From Podospora anserina (taxonomy: Eukaryota), in the NCBI GenBank assembly GCA_017654855.1, contig CM030333.1:2232001-2296000 (forward strand): a DNA stretch of 64,000 nucleotides. The letters run 5' to 3'. A program made the position numbers and the translations under genes. Positions 33,315-46,522 of the stretch are shown in pieces (within the stretch, counting starts at the first letter, position 1; the number at the start of each line of letters is the position of its first letter). The notes beneath the pieces are model-generated. The model saw only the letters and a program-made list of their open reading frames with translations. It did no database searches and was not told the DNA's origin.

Positions 33315-35973
33315 TCAATAATTCCTCGCAGCCAACTGCTCACTCAACCCCTTCAACCTCTCAATCGAACCCCCCCCTTCCCCCCCCTCCCCATTCACTC
33401 CCGCCGCCTTGATATGCAGCGCAATAAACTCATTGACCGAATCCAGCAGCGGCTGCAAGCTCTTCTTGGGGTGCACCCTCACAAACCTTTCCTTGATCGG
33501 CTCGTGCAGACACAGATACCCCAATAGTATGCTCAAATACCCCAGCGCCACATTCAACTGCGTCTTCTCCATCGAGTCGGCCTACATCCCTCATTGTTAG
33601 CAACCTTGTCAGTCCCTGTAACAAAAAAACAAAACTTACATCCGCCATCTTCAAATGATTATCAGCAAAAACCCCAATCAACCCCTCCAACCCTCCCTCC
33701 CCAGCCAGCGTCTCACCCGCAGGCGGGTAGTAAACACAGAAATTAATCATCACCCCCAGCATGATAATCAGCCCATCCAGCAGCCCCCGTCCCCTAAACC
33801 CCCCCTCCTCCTTCACCTTCACCTCCACCTTCATCACCATCCCAAACGCGCCCCACGCCCCCCTCGCCAACCTCCCCAGCAGCCCCCTCTCGACAAACAA
33901 CCGGCACGCGTCAGGGTTGTGATTCGTGACGTTAATCGACGTCCTCAGCACCAACCCCTCCAGCTCGTCGCCAAACCCCTCCACCGGCCTGCTCAGCGCC
34001 CCGTCCAGCAAGTCCGCCACGATCGGCGCGTATTTCCTCGTCCACCTCGCACTGAGACGGGAAGACTGCATCGCGTCGAGAGAGAGCCCTTCTACTACGT
34101 GGAGAGAGAGCGCAAAATCCCACGAGTTTGCGTGGCCAGGAAAACCCCAGCTGTCCGGGTTAGACGTCCCGTCCTTAAGGTAACCGAATAAAAGATCAGT
34201 GATAGCAGGCGAAAAAAACTCATCCTCCGACACCCGCGTCGACTGCCTAAGCAAAAGCTCCAGACACTTCAGCGCCAGTGTCCGCGGCGACAACGAGCCC
34301 GGCGGCGCTGGTTTCCACGCCGGAAGCTCAAGAACAGAAGCTTTCACCGTCCCCAAAGTAGTTTGCATATTTTTCGAAACGTTGTGCTTCCTGTCCCTCA
34401 CCAGCCGACTGATATCTTCTTCCTGATCAAGCAGCCGCTTGAGAAGTGCAGCAAAACCCTGCGATCGTAACTGCTGAATAAGATGCGCCGAAGGCGACGC
34501 CGCCAAAAGTGTAGCGACGATGGCCAGGATAGAATACCCACACACAAGGTCAGTCTCCTCCCCCAGCGACCGGAACAGAGCCTCATCCCCGCTGTGATCC
34601 CGAAACTGGCGCCGAAACTCCTTGGTCTTCATCTTCTGCGCCAGCTCCAGCAACGCGCCTTTGCGCAAAGATGAAGCCTTTGGTGACGGAACGCCGATGC
34701 GATCAACGATATCACCCATCTCATCAGCAAATCGACTATTTGCACCTGCCTGTCGCAATTCGTGGATACTCTGAACAGCGCCGCTGTTCCCCAACTCTTC
34801 TTCTTCGTCGAGGTAAGCAAACTTGCTGAGGGCGGCGCTTTTGGTGAGCCGCCCAATGTTGAATAATGCGCCCTTGGACGACATGTCGTCCAGACCACCG
34901 CCCAAACCGCCGCTGCCAAACAACGGGTCCTCTTCCGCCAGCATGGACCTCTGCTGGCTGTAGGTAAACTTGGGTCCCGACTTCCTGGCTGTCAATACCG
35001 GACGCGCCATAGTTCTTCCCTTGTCTGCGGGTTCTGGACTAGAGTCCCGCAGGGCTGGAGAACGTCTGGTTTTGGAGATGTGTGAGTCTTGCGACGAGAA
35101 TGCGTCCTCTTCTGATTCACTTTCTTCATCTGCCTGTTCGACCAGGGTGTCAATTAACCGCCTCTTCTTCGGAGCCTTTCCTGGCTGACTTTGGGGGATC
35201 GGTTCGGGTGCTGAGGTGGGCAGAGATGTAGGTTCAATTTCGATCGGAGGCGGAGGCTTCGAGGAGGATGATCGTGGACCGGAAAGGCGTATTGGAATCT
35301 GCGTCTTCTCGGGCTCGGGCTTCTTGGAGGATTTATTTTTTGTACCAACGCTTAGGTTCTTCAAGATCTTGGTGGTCTTCACTGAGAAGAGAGGCGCAGC
35401 GGGCGGTGGGGCATCCTGCATATGGACATCTCGCTCAGGTGTCTGTCGAGATCTGGGGACCACCGAGGATCTATCTTTCGGGTCCGATCGCCGAGTGACA
35501 GGTTCAGGAGAGGGTGCCTTTTCAGGGGATAATTCTGGTGTTGAGTAGGGAAGCGAGGTCTTGCTCGTCCTTTCTGACTGCACACGAGCTAGCCTCCTCT
35601 TCTTGGGCCGAGTGTCCTCTTCAGGTTCATCTTCAATGGCGTAGATATCGTAAGGATCAGGTAGGGGCTGACTGTGAGAGACATCGGAAGGTTTCGAAGA
35701 TGCGTCACGGCCAGCTTTACGTATGTTTTGTAATTTCCCCTTGCTGGAAACGAGGGTGCGGGAGGCAGAGGCAGAGGCAGGCGCAGGCGAAGGCTCAGGT
35801 GAGGTCATGGGTGACTTGTTGAGAGAGGACACGCTGGGAACGATGGGCGCAGACTCGGCATGCCTGAGGGTGCCAACGGCGGAAGCTTTGGGTCTTCTTC
35901 GTGCAAGTTTGCCATAAGTGGTGACCTTTTTCTGGGGCGCATAGCCAAAGTCGGTCTCACTGGTGCTGGCCAT
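33315..35973 (-). CDS. WAPL: Wings apart-like (WAPL/Wpl1/Rad61) cohesin release factor
   Basis: N-terminal KVTTYGK, KFTYSQQRSML, VQSIHELRQAGANSRFADE and a helical WAPL domain. Intron at 33582-33639, then ADSMEKTQLNVALGYLSILLGYLC. Confidence 0.85.
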
Positions 35974-37159
35974 AGTGAAGGACGCTAGAGAAGGAGGCGT
36001 CGCTGGAGGCTGCGGTTCAAAAAAAGAAAAAGAAAAATGAAAGTGATGCCGGGAAAATCAAAAGTGTCAGTGGGACATTCCAAGTTGGTCTTGCGATGCG
36101 GTGTCAATGCCGCTGGGCGAGAGAGCTCAGAGGCTGTGTGAACTGTTTGGGTTCGGTCCGCGTCCTGACAATGAACTCAATGCGACCAGCCCCAAGACTC
36201 AACTGCCACGGTGTGTGCGAAGACTGAGATTTTCAAACAAAGACAACTGCTCCTGGGTGACGTAGATAGTGGCCGGCTGTGATTTGGCCGGGAGCAAAAG
36301 CCGTTGAGAGTGGAAAATTGGGAGATGGGATAACTGCAATTGCTCATGGGCAGCAGCAGACGCGTTCACGACTTGGTTGTTCATGAGGCTTCATTGTTTT
36401 TGGAAACAAGCACCAACCCCACATCTTGTCTCTTGAACTCCCAGTCTCCCCGTTGCCGGCCCCAGCGCCACCCTGCATGGTAGCCCGTGCCCCCCTTTCT
36501 TGGCACCCAGCCTTTCAAAGCAAGGTTGAGACCTCTCCAGCTCTCTTGCGCCTCCATCAACATGGAGGGGATCTTTCGTCTCAATTCTCGGGAAAATTGG
36601 CCTAATTTTGTGCCTGAAAGAATCTGTAGCACTAGCTTCGCAAACAAAGAACCAGGTTTCAGGATTTTATTTAGATTACTGAGAATGAGGACATGAAGCA
36701 AGAGCAAGTGACCATCAAGTCCAAGTCTACATATCATATCGTTCATCTTATCTTATCCAAGCATAGCCCCTCCAAGCACATGGTAGGATTCTCAACCCCG
36801 CAGTTATCTCTGTCAAGAAAAGACCCCGAACCAAAAGAGCACACAACAAACTCCAATGTCTCAACCCTCCACAGCTATCCATGACTAAAAGCTCTTTGCA
36901 GCTATCACTGTCATGTGGCGTCCACCTGCTTGATCAACCCTATCCACGTTGTCTTCCAACGGTCAGGTGGGGTCTGGAGACAACTGCAGCCAGGGGTTTT
37001 CTGCCATCTGGTGTCATGGTATAGGAAGAAGCTTGCCTTGAGAGAGGGGCAAAAAACCGTTCGTAGTTCCAATCCACCGAGTATTTAGGATTAAGGTTAC
37101 CTACCTTAAATCCTCGTGTGCTCAGCTTCCCAATCCATAAGCTCCGGGTCCCCTTTGTC

Positions 37160-37173
37160 CACACACACACACG

Positions 37174-37236
<63 letters not shown>
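37160..37236. repeat. Compound (CA)n(GA)n microsatellite
   Basis: Direct inspection. Confidence 0.95.
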
Positions 37237-37238
<2 letters not shown>

Positions 37239-37514
37239 GATCCCAATTAACCTCATCCGTCTGATACAAGGGCCCCTCGCTTTCCCTCTCCTCCTCCTCG
37301 GAAGCACCTTACATTTCAAGGGTGATTCCCGGCATATCCTACCTGCAAAATACTTTTGCTCAGGGTGGAGTTCACCTTATCTCCGCACACCTGTTTACTA
37401 TCGAACTCTACTCAACTTACTTTCCCGTTCTCATAATCCCTTATTGTAGCCATACGCGTTTTTCACTCTAAACATCACCACCTACCTCCCATATACCTCA
37501 ATCCCACACACTCA

Positions 37515-38427
37515 ATGACCGAAGAAGTCGCCCCCGTCAAGTGCGTCGGCCCCGAATACCGCGCCGAAGACCAAAAGCCCACCGCCACCGTCTCAACCGT
37601 CGTCCACTTTGACAATGTCACCGTCCTCCCCCAAACCCCCCAGCTAATCGCCCTCCTCTCGTGAGCCGTTCCCTTCTTCCCTCCCCTATAACCAATTTGT
37701 TTCTAAAAACCCCAGCATCATCCGCAACCACTCCACCGCCCGCGGCGACTTCGTCTTCTACTCCAACCGCATCATCCGCCTCCTCGTCGAGGAAGGCCTC
37801 AACCACCTCCCCACCATCTCCCACACCGTCACCACCCCCGTCGGCCGCCCCTACGATGGGCTCTCCTTCCAGGGAAAAATCGCCGGCGTCTCCATCATGC
37901 GCGCCGGCGAGGCCATGGAGCAAGGGCTCCGCGACTGCTGCCGCTCGGTGAGGATCGGCAAGATCCTGATCCAGCGTGACGAGGAGACTGCCCAGCCGAA
38001 GCTGTTTTATGACAAGCTGCCCGAGGATATTGCGGATAGATGGGTGCTGTTGTTGGATCCTATGCTTGCTACTGGTGAGTTTTTTTCATGTCAAGTGTCA
38101 GAAAGGTGGGGGGGGTTGCTGATCAGAAATATAGGCGGTTCTGCCATCATGGCTGTGGATGTTCTCAAGTCGCGTGGGGTTCCTGAGGAGAGGATTCTAT
38201 TCTTGAACGTGCTTGCTAGCCCGGAGGGGATCAAGAACTTTGCGGAAAAGTTCCCTGCGTCGAGGGTGGTGACTGCTTTTGTGGATGAGGGGTTGGATGA
38301 GAAGAAGTAAGTTTATTTCCTTTTCGGATTTTCAGATATGGGTGAGTAAGAGCTAACCCTATGACACCCTAACAGCTACATCATCCCAGGCCTTGGTGAC
38401 TTTGGCGACAGATATTATACCCGGTGA
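37515..38427 (+). CDS. FUR1: Uracil phosphoribosyltransferase (Fur1/Urc6 type)
   Basis: VLPQTPQLIALL/..RGDFVFYSNRIIRLLVEEGLNHLP..GVSIMRAGEAMEQGLRDCCRSVRIGKILIQRDEETA..VLLLDPMLATG/GS..YIIPGLGDFGDRYYT. Three introns. Confidence 0.96.
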
Positions 38428-38755
38428 AGAACTCAATGTAGCAAAAAATCGCCAACAAATAAAACACGCTCACACAAAAAAAAAGCCGATATATACGAGG
38501 CCAAAGCAAATCATTATCTTTTTGCTTGTCTTGAAAAGGAAAAGCATCGTAGATATTAATATTTTCCACACCCGCCGACTAATTTTATGCCTCCTCTGCC
38601 TCAAATACTTGTCGCCATGATATGATTGATTGATCGATTGATTGCCACCCCAACCATACATTTATTTCCCTGTTTCCCAATTCCCATTCCCAAAAAAAAA
38701 AAAAGACCACCAAATCTTGTCGTAGCAAAACAAACAAAACCCAGGAAGAGAGATT

Positions 38756-39205
38756 TCACTCGTAGTCATCATCATCCGGTATCACATCCCCATAACCATC
38801 CTCGTCGTCATCGGCCTCGACTCGTCGGGCTGCCCGCCCCCCGCTATTACTTGATCGCCCGCCGGCGCCGGCGGCCTTTGCCTTCTCGCTGTTTTCTTGG
38901 GCGACGGCGTCGGCTGCGTCGACCCATTCGGCGTAGACGTCGACGGGGGCGGAGAGGTAGTTGATGCCGCACTGGAAGTGCTGGCCGCAGATCTTGCAGT
39001 CGAGGGAGCCGACGCCGGCTTTCTTGTCGACCTTGACGGAGACGGCCTTTTCGTGGTTGCAGAAGAGGCAGGTGAAGACTGAGGGGAGGGGTTCGTTCTA
39101 TAAGGGGTTTGTTAGGTATCATGCGCAAGGTTGGATTAGAGAGAGATGGATGCGTACCCTGCGAGGGCCGGTTGGCTTTCTGGTGGCCTTTTTGCGCTTG
39201 CCCAT
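38756..39205 (-). CDS. ELF1: Transcription elongation factor Elf1
   Basis: [63 protein letters not shown] followed by an acidic tail. One intron. Confidence 0.95.
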
Positions 39206-40550
39206 TGTTTCTGGTGGTTATCCGGGGGTCGAAGAGGGAGGTAGGTTGCGCGATTGAATTGATGGTTTCGCTGGGTTTGTGCGAGGATGCGCCGGGGGTT
39301 TTATGGGTGTGTTATTTGGAGAGAGTTTGATGCAGAAAAGGTGATGTGATAAGGGGATATATGGATTGATTTGGATTCTCAACAGGATTCGGTCATCGCC
39401 TAACAATCAAGCTCCATGTTCTCATGCGCTGGAGACGCGTCGGATTAAATTGCCCCGCTAATCTCAAAGTGGAGCGTGCTGCTACATGCGAGTTACGGTG
39501 TGCGGTGAAGTGAAGTAAGGTGTGGCGAGGTGAAAGAAGAAGGTTCAAGGTGAAGGCTTCACTTTGACAAGGCTCCCTTGATCTCCACCGGGTTTGCCAA
39601 GCGGGGCCAAGAAGGGTCGGACTTCTAATCTGTGGCCCGTGCCCTCGATAAACCTCCGCGGTTGTCGGGTCCACACCACCCGTCTCGGCGAGAGGGGAGC
39701 TCTTGACCTTCCTCTAACTTGGAGTGATCATCGACCTTGCAGTGTTCGTCCCAGGATGCTGTTGTGAAGCATGTTGTGAAGAGGTTATGCTTCTCTTATC
39801 TAATCCAACAGAAGCTGTCTGTCTCACCAACAGAAGCCAACAAGACACCGGTCTCCTTCCCCTCGCCGTCAGCTGACCTTCCTGTGGCTTTACCTCCCGT
39901 TCCCGTTATCGGTTCTCTATCATCTCCAGAGACGTGTCCGCCTTCCAAACCCAGTTCCGTGATATCCACAGCGGCAGACGATCCGATTGCGGTGCCCCGC
40001 CTCCGCCGGCCTCCCGGAGTGGAGCAAGACGTGGAAGCACAAGCACAACGACAGCGATTACAGGGGTCGACGCAAGCACTACCGGAACGCCAACACACGG
40101 CCAGCCAGCTTGCACTATTATCGATCACCTGCCATTCTCCCCGACCGCCCGGTGATACCAGCTTCTGGGGGTCGAAGCGGCCCAAGCCCCGTCCAATGAC
40201 GCCGGTTTCTTATCACGGGGTCTCACCCGAGCTCCGGAACCTGCCACATTCCGATGTGTTTGTCTCATTACCAACCGTTTTATATACTAGAATACTAGTT
40301 GCCCGCACCGGGTTTCACTTGACTACTCAGTGTTCTCTGTCTCCTGTCTGTCTAGGGGCTTGTGTGTTTCGTGACCAAACCGCTACAGAACCCTACCTAT
40401 CTTTTTTGATCCCGAAGATCTCGCTCCCTCCACCAGAGCTTTGTTGTTTTTTTGTGTCCCGTTCCATCCTCGGCTTCTAGATTGGTAGCACTTTGCCTCA
40501 GCTGTAGTAGCTCCATCTCCCTACCTACGTTCCGCAAAACTACTTTCACG

Positions 40551-43091
40551 ATGGGCTCAACATCAACAAACATGGACGACCTAAAGGAAGCCCTCCAGTC
40601 CATCTCCCAAACCCAAACCGCCCTCCTCACCGCCGTCCAATCCATCGCCGACCGAGTCAACACCCTCGAGAAGAAAGACACTTCCTCTTCTTCCCCGCCC
40701 TCCGCCCAAGCCCTCGACCGGTCCGCAACCCCCTTAAGAACAGGCTTCACCCAAACCCCAACCAGCGAACTCCCCGCCGAAGCAGGCACCCAAACCCCCA
40801 CCGCCACCGCCCCTACCTCCCCGGTGGCCACCGCCTCGAAGCAATTCACCTCGCGTGTAATCCTCACAACCGTACGTTCCCCCCCCTTTCCCCCCTCTAA
40901 CCACTTCCCTTAACTAACAAGAAACCAAAAAAGTACCCCCACCAAATCGGCATCTCCCCCCTCCCCCTCAACTGGGGCGCTCCCGACCCCCTGTCCCGAG
41001 GCCCAGTAACAGTCTCCCGCTCCCCCTCCACCATCGGCCGCCGAAACGCAATCGGCGCCCACGGAGGCTCCTACTCCATCTACTACGCGCTCGCCCTCGC
41101 CTCGGGCGAGCTCCCCCACAACCACAAGCCCGATTACACCAACACCGAACCCGCCGTGTCCATCGGACCGTTCCCCCAGTGGGGCGACAAGAAGAAGATT
41201 GTGGCTATGGATCCGTGGGGGCATTTAGTGCCCTGGACGCACAAGGAGTTGATGGAAAGGGAAGGTGTTGACCTGCGGCCTACGATTGCGGTTACAAAGG
41301 CGCATATGACGCTTCCGGAGCTGGAGGAGAGCGTAAGGAGTGGGAGGTTGAGGCCGGATGGCAAGGTTTGTTTGAATGGACGGGGGGAGTTGGCTGTGAC
41401 CAAGTTTGCGGTGGAGCCGGTTTGGTACTTGCCGGGGGTTGCGGAGAGGTTTGGGATTGAGGAGGGGGTGTTGAGGAGGAGTTTGTTTGAGGAGACGGGG
41501 GGGATGTATCCTGAGGTATGTGAAAAGAGGGGAGTAAAAAGGGGCGAGAAAAGCTGACAAAAGGGGGGGGTGGGGTTGGGAAGTTGATCACTAGGTCGGA
41601 TATCAAGGTGTTTTTGCCGCCTATTGGTGAGTTTTGCTCCAACGGAGAGAGATGGTGGGACAAGTACTGACAGGTGACGGTTGCTGGTTTACAGGTGGCT
41701 TGACGGTGTATGTCTTTGGCGACCCGGCGAATATGTCTGACCCGTCCAAGAGGTTGGCTTTGCGGATCCATGACGAGGTATGACAATCACAAAACAACCC
41801 AACCCAACCGGCTAACCACGGCCGGTCATCAGTTGTTGTTGTTGTTGTTGTCATTATGATATTTGTCATTGCCGTGCTGACACCCCGCCCCCCTCATCTC
41901 ACAGTGCAATGGCAGCGACGTCTTCGGCTCCGACATTTGCACCTGCAGGCCCTACCTGATCTTTGGCATCGAGGAAGCCGTCAAGGAGGCACAGAATGGT
42001 GGCAGTGGTGTGGTGATTTACTTTCGCAAGGAGGGCAGAGCGCTGGGTGAGGTTACAAAGGTATGTCATGTTGCAAAAAAAAAAAAAACTTCATTTTTTC
42101 TCTCCGATGTCGTTTTGTTTTGTTACCGTTCAACAAGAAAGGGGGGGTTTAAAGCTGACATGGAACGGAAATGTAGTACCGTAAGTTTTGCATCTTTCCC
42201 AGTGAAATCCTGCTTTGGTGGTGTACCGGTTGCCTCCTTTCTCGGAGAGAAGATCCTCTTTGTGTCAGTGAGAGAGTGTATTGGTCTAACCTGATCTGCA
42301 AATGCCGGTAGTGGTGTACAACGCGCGCAAACGCGGGGAGGATCGGGCATCAGATTACTTCAAGAGGACGGAGAACATTGCTGGTGTGAAGGACATGCGG
42401 TTCCAGGCGTTGATGCCGGATATTCTGCACTGGCTTGGGATCACCAAGATTGACAGGATGCTCAGCATGAGCAAGTGAGTCTCCCTTTCCCCCCTTTTCC
42501 CTCACGTTTGCCGAGATCCTGGGGGAAGAATGGAAGGTTGATATGAATTCTTTTCGATTTGCAGCATGAAACACGATGCGATTGTTGGTCAAGGGTGAGT
42601 TTTACAGAGTTCTTTTTCTTTTTCTCTCTCTTTCCATGGGATTCACTTGGACACAAAGAATGTCTGAGGTTATCGGAAAAATCGGACACTCCGGGAATCT
42701 GGTGACTGGTTGCTAATCGTGAGATCGTGATCTTGTGTATTTTAGTATACCTATTCATGAACGGGTTGAGCTTCCTGAAGAGTTGATCCCGGCCGATTCG
42801 AGGGTTGAGATTGATGCGAAGATTACTGCTGGTATGAGACATTCCCTATCATCATCTGGTGTTGCTGTGGGACAGTAACGTAGTGTTGTGTGTGTGTGTG
42901 TGTGTGTGGCCCGGCAGAAAGCTAACTTGCTGGTTAGGGTATTTCACGACAGGTCACCGAATGACTGATGACGAGCTAAAGGCTGTTCAAGGCCGGATAT
43001 GGGAAGAGTAAGTCGCGAATGACATTCCCCGGGCCGTTTGTCGCTGTGAGAGGTGTGGCTGACACAAAGATACAACAGTATTGACCACTAG
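40551..43091 (+). CDS. urg1: GTP cyclohydrolase II-like uracil catabolism protein (Urc1/urg1), 11 exons
   Basis: RVILTT/YPHQIG..RRNAIGAHGGSYSIYYALA..IVAMDPWGH..RPTIAVTKAH..TKFAVEPVWYLPGVAERFG..RIHDE/CNGSDVFGSDICTCRPYL..YFRKEGRALGEVTK/YL/VYNARK..KDMRFQALMPD..EIDAKITAG/YFT. Ten GT-AG introns. Confidence 0.93.
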
Positions 43092-43678
43092 AAGAAAAAG
43101 AGCAATGCGGTTCGCCCGCCTCTTCTTGGTTTTGGGAAGGAAGCTTGGGGGAGATGTTCCAATGTCAGACAGAAAAGAGCCTTTTGGGAAAAGATCACGC
43201 TAGAACATGTACCTCGATTTTTACTTGAGGTTGCGCGGGGGGGGGGAGGAGATGGAATATGAGTAATGTGATTTGTTGAACCAATACCGTTTGAGTCTTG
43301 AGGCACGAGGGCTTGGGTTTTAGTGTTTTTGTCCAAAAGAGAGAGCCGTTTGTGCTCAAGTTAGGCTGCTTCTCGGTCTGATGTTTGTTTATTAGTAGTG
43401 CGTAAGATATCGCAACATTATCCTCCAACCAGAAAAATCACGCTGTTTTTTTAGATAACGCCCCCACGAGGAGGAAATTAGGAAGAGCAAATAGGAAGAT
43501 GGGGTGAAGAAAAGAAAAGATGTCAAAATTTTTGGACTGTCACGCGGACGGTGGTGAGGTCTGTACGACGAATGAGTTTGGTGATCTACATGCCTACAAC
43601 CATAGGAGAGGGAAAAGGGCGCGACAATGGGATGTCGCGTCACCGAGCATGAACAAGCATTCGATTTCTCAGCTTGTT

Positions 43679-43679
<1 letters not shown>

Positions 43680-43715
<36 letters not shown>
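43680..43715. repeat. (GTT)n microsatellite; a (TG)n run follows at ~43776-43807
   Basis: Direct inspection. Confidence 0.9.
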
Positions 43716-43716
<1 letters not shown>

Positions 43717-46522
43717 AAGCTGTTGGTGTCTGGAATCTTGATGATTTGCGAGGAACACAGATTCGGATCTTGCTCTTGTGTGCGTGTGTGCGTGTGTGTG
43801 TGTGTGTACACAGTATGTACACAAAGTATTACTGCTACTACTACAACAGAATAGACATGGGTATTCTTCCAAGACTTTAGTCTATGCGTTGCTCATCCGC
43901 AATTCCCGTTTGGTACCTGGACTAGAGTTTTCCGTTCCGGCAGCGGGGAGAGGCACGTAACCGTGCCGAAGTGCGGTCAGGGGGGGATGGGAAGGAACCG
44001 GATTCTTGGTTCACCTTATTTTCCTTGCTTTGGACCATGTTCGTTTTCTGTCATCCGGCTCGGTTACGGGATGTGTTGCGTGTTGGTTTCTGTATCACCC
44101 CTGTCTAGTTATACATCATCATGATTGCCATGATACAATTTTTCCCCCGGGAGTTTTTGTAGGCTGATGGTGACACGATGACTGCACACCGGTCCGGGGT
44201 TTGGAGTTAATGGGGATAGGCCAAGGACAGCTGGCTGGCAGGATGAGGAAGCAGAGCCCGTGAAATGTTGTTTGTCTGGTGACTCTCTTGCGGCGCAGCA
44301 AGGGATGCTTTTCCCTCTTCCCCGGGGATCCAATTGCCAATGACGAAAGATGAGAGGCGTAGAATTGGGCTTGGTTATTGGACTGATTATGGGCTGTTGG
44401 AGATCATCTTGGATTGGACCATGTCATCGGCCCTCGACCCCTTGTCAGACATTATTGGCTTATGGCAGACATAAACCCCCAAGAAGTGGAAAATCGCGCA
44501 GTTGTCCTTGTTGGGGGGTTTTGCTGTTGAATGTCTTGCTCTTTTCTCATCCCATGGGGGACGGAGTAGGGGGTGCAGATATGGTCTTCTTCTAGTGTTG
44601 GTGTTTGATGCGGGAAAGAGAGGGCTTCCCCACGTCTTTGCTGCACCGCACCGCCGTCGGGTCGCCGGGTCCCCTGTGCAAAGTCAACGTGGGAGAGGCC
44701 AGAAATGCCGTGCGATGCGGGCGGGTAACGTACCTTGGAAGAATCAATTCGCAAATTCAATGATATCAAATCCGTACTTGTTGTCCGAGATGCCCGCGGT
44801 GCTGTGTGCTGTGTGTTGTGTGCTGCAGGAGACTGTCCAGATGACCATCAGCACAAAGAGCGAGATTCCAGGTTGCCCGTTTGCAATTCCCTATCTCTCT
44901 CGCCAGTTGCGGTCGATTGTGTGGCACTCTACAGCCAAAAGGTGCGGTTGCGTTGCAGCACCGGTAAGGGCGATTGGAGGGGCAACTACTATACGAACAG
45001 GAAGGCGATTGTAACGATTGAGAGAGATCTCGACTGTCACGAGAGCACCAGTGAGAAGGACAGACTGCTAGCTGCCTACCGGTCTGGTTTGGGCTTGCAG
45101 ATGGTGGTAGTGTGGTGTGGGGTCATGGTGATGGTGGACTGACTACTGGATGACTGACTCCTTGGTGTTGTTGCTCAAATGTGTGTATCAAAGTTGATGC
45201 TGACAGGTGTAGCTCCAACTCGGCGCCTTTCACTGAAGCATCAACGGAACGGCGTCCGGCCATCTTAAGACACTGGCTGTACTACCGTGGCTATGTCTCT
45301 GTAGCTCTTTTGCTCTGTTGCCATGTTGCTCTGTTGCCATGTTGCTCTGTGTGCCGAGTAAATCTCCTTCCATCTCGATGATCGCTCTGAAGGTGTGTTC
45401 GTATACCCTTGAGTGCCTCGTGCTCGTCGTGCCTGGGCGTCCGGTGTCTAGGCTGGAATCGGCTCCAACAAAAAGTCTCTGATGGCTCGGCTTTGTTATT
45501 CTGGGTCGCTGGAGCTGGCATCACCAATGGCCGTCAAACACCATGCAGCACCTGCAGAGTGCAGCTTCAGCGTTGTTGAAGTGTCACGACTTGAGTGGCT
45601 ATCGGTGCTTTCCGCACCCCACCTTGGTCTTGTTCTGGGAGCCTGACGGGGGTGCCATGGGGTGCCATTCGACAGGCTTGGCATCTTGGAGCACTCTATC
45701 CACACGCACCGGTCTGCAGGCTATAACCGCACTTGGTTCGTGATGTTGAGTCGGAGGATGGTAGGATGCCCAATTGTGCGTGCTTGATATCTGTCCAATG
45801 TCTGTCTGGCAACGGCCCGCGCCCGTCAGATATTGACTCTCTCTCTAGGTAGAGTGTGGGTTGTGTCGGGGGGTGAGCTGTCCACAGTTGCGGGTTGCAG
45901 TCTGGCAGTTCTGCAGTTATTGCACACACGCCGAAGGCCGGGAGTCCGAACGGGTAGTGAGTGTGAGTGAATCTGATCAATGTTGACTGGTGGGACGGAT
46001 GAGTGATGGGTGGGTGGTCAACCCATCGATGGCCTGGGCCAGCCATCCGAGAAACCAAGCCCAGCCAGGCACCGTCACACTCCGCGCTTCGCCTTGGTGC
46101 CTTGGTCGAACTCGACTAAAGCCAACCCGTAACCCGCCCCTCCTTGCCATGCCAACCTGTCCCAAGTCACCCATGGACTGACAAGTGGCAATGTAGCCCG
46201 AAAGTGCCGTCATTGAAACCTGGAGACATTTTGCGGCATTGAGCGGATCGCATTTCAGCCCAAGTGGGCGGCTCCCATAAACTCTTCTGGAGCACTGGAG
46301 CACCTCCACTCCCACGATAATAATAGGCCCCCCTTCCCAACCTTTTCCTCCACTTTCCAACTTTTGATTCTCAGCCTCAGCTAAATATCAATGTGAACCT
46401 CCACCCTCGACTCGACCTTTAACAACTCCAAAGTCAAGTCAAGCCAAGCCAAAGGATCAACAACCAACACCGAAGATCAAGCATCAAGATCAACATCGAC
46501 ATCAACATCCACCTTAGTCATC

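Noticed and set aside
39737..40480. 247-aa ORF upstream of urg1
   Set aside because: TTG start, no domain or codon bias. It lies in the ELF1/urg1 divergent promoter.
45209..45222. 14-nt match to the reverse complement of ~20409-20422
   Set aside because: Matches of this length are expected by chance in 64 kb.
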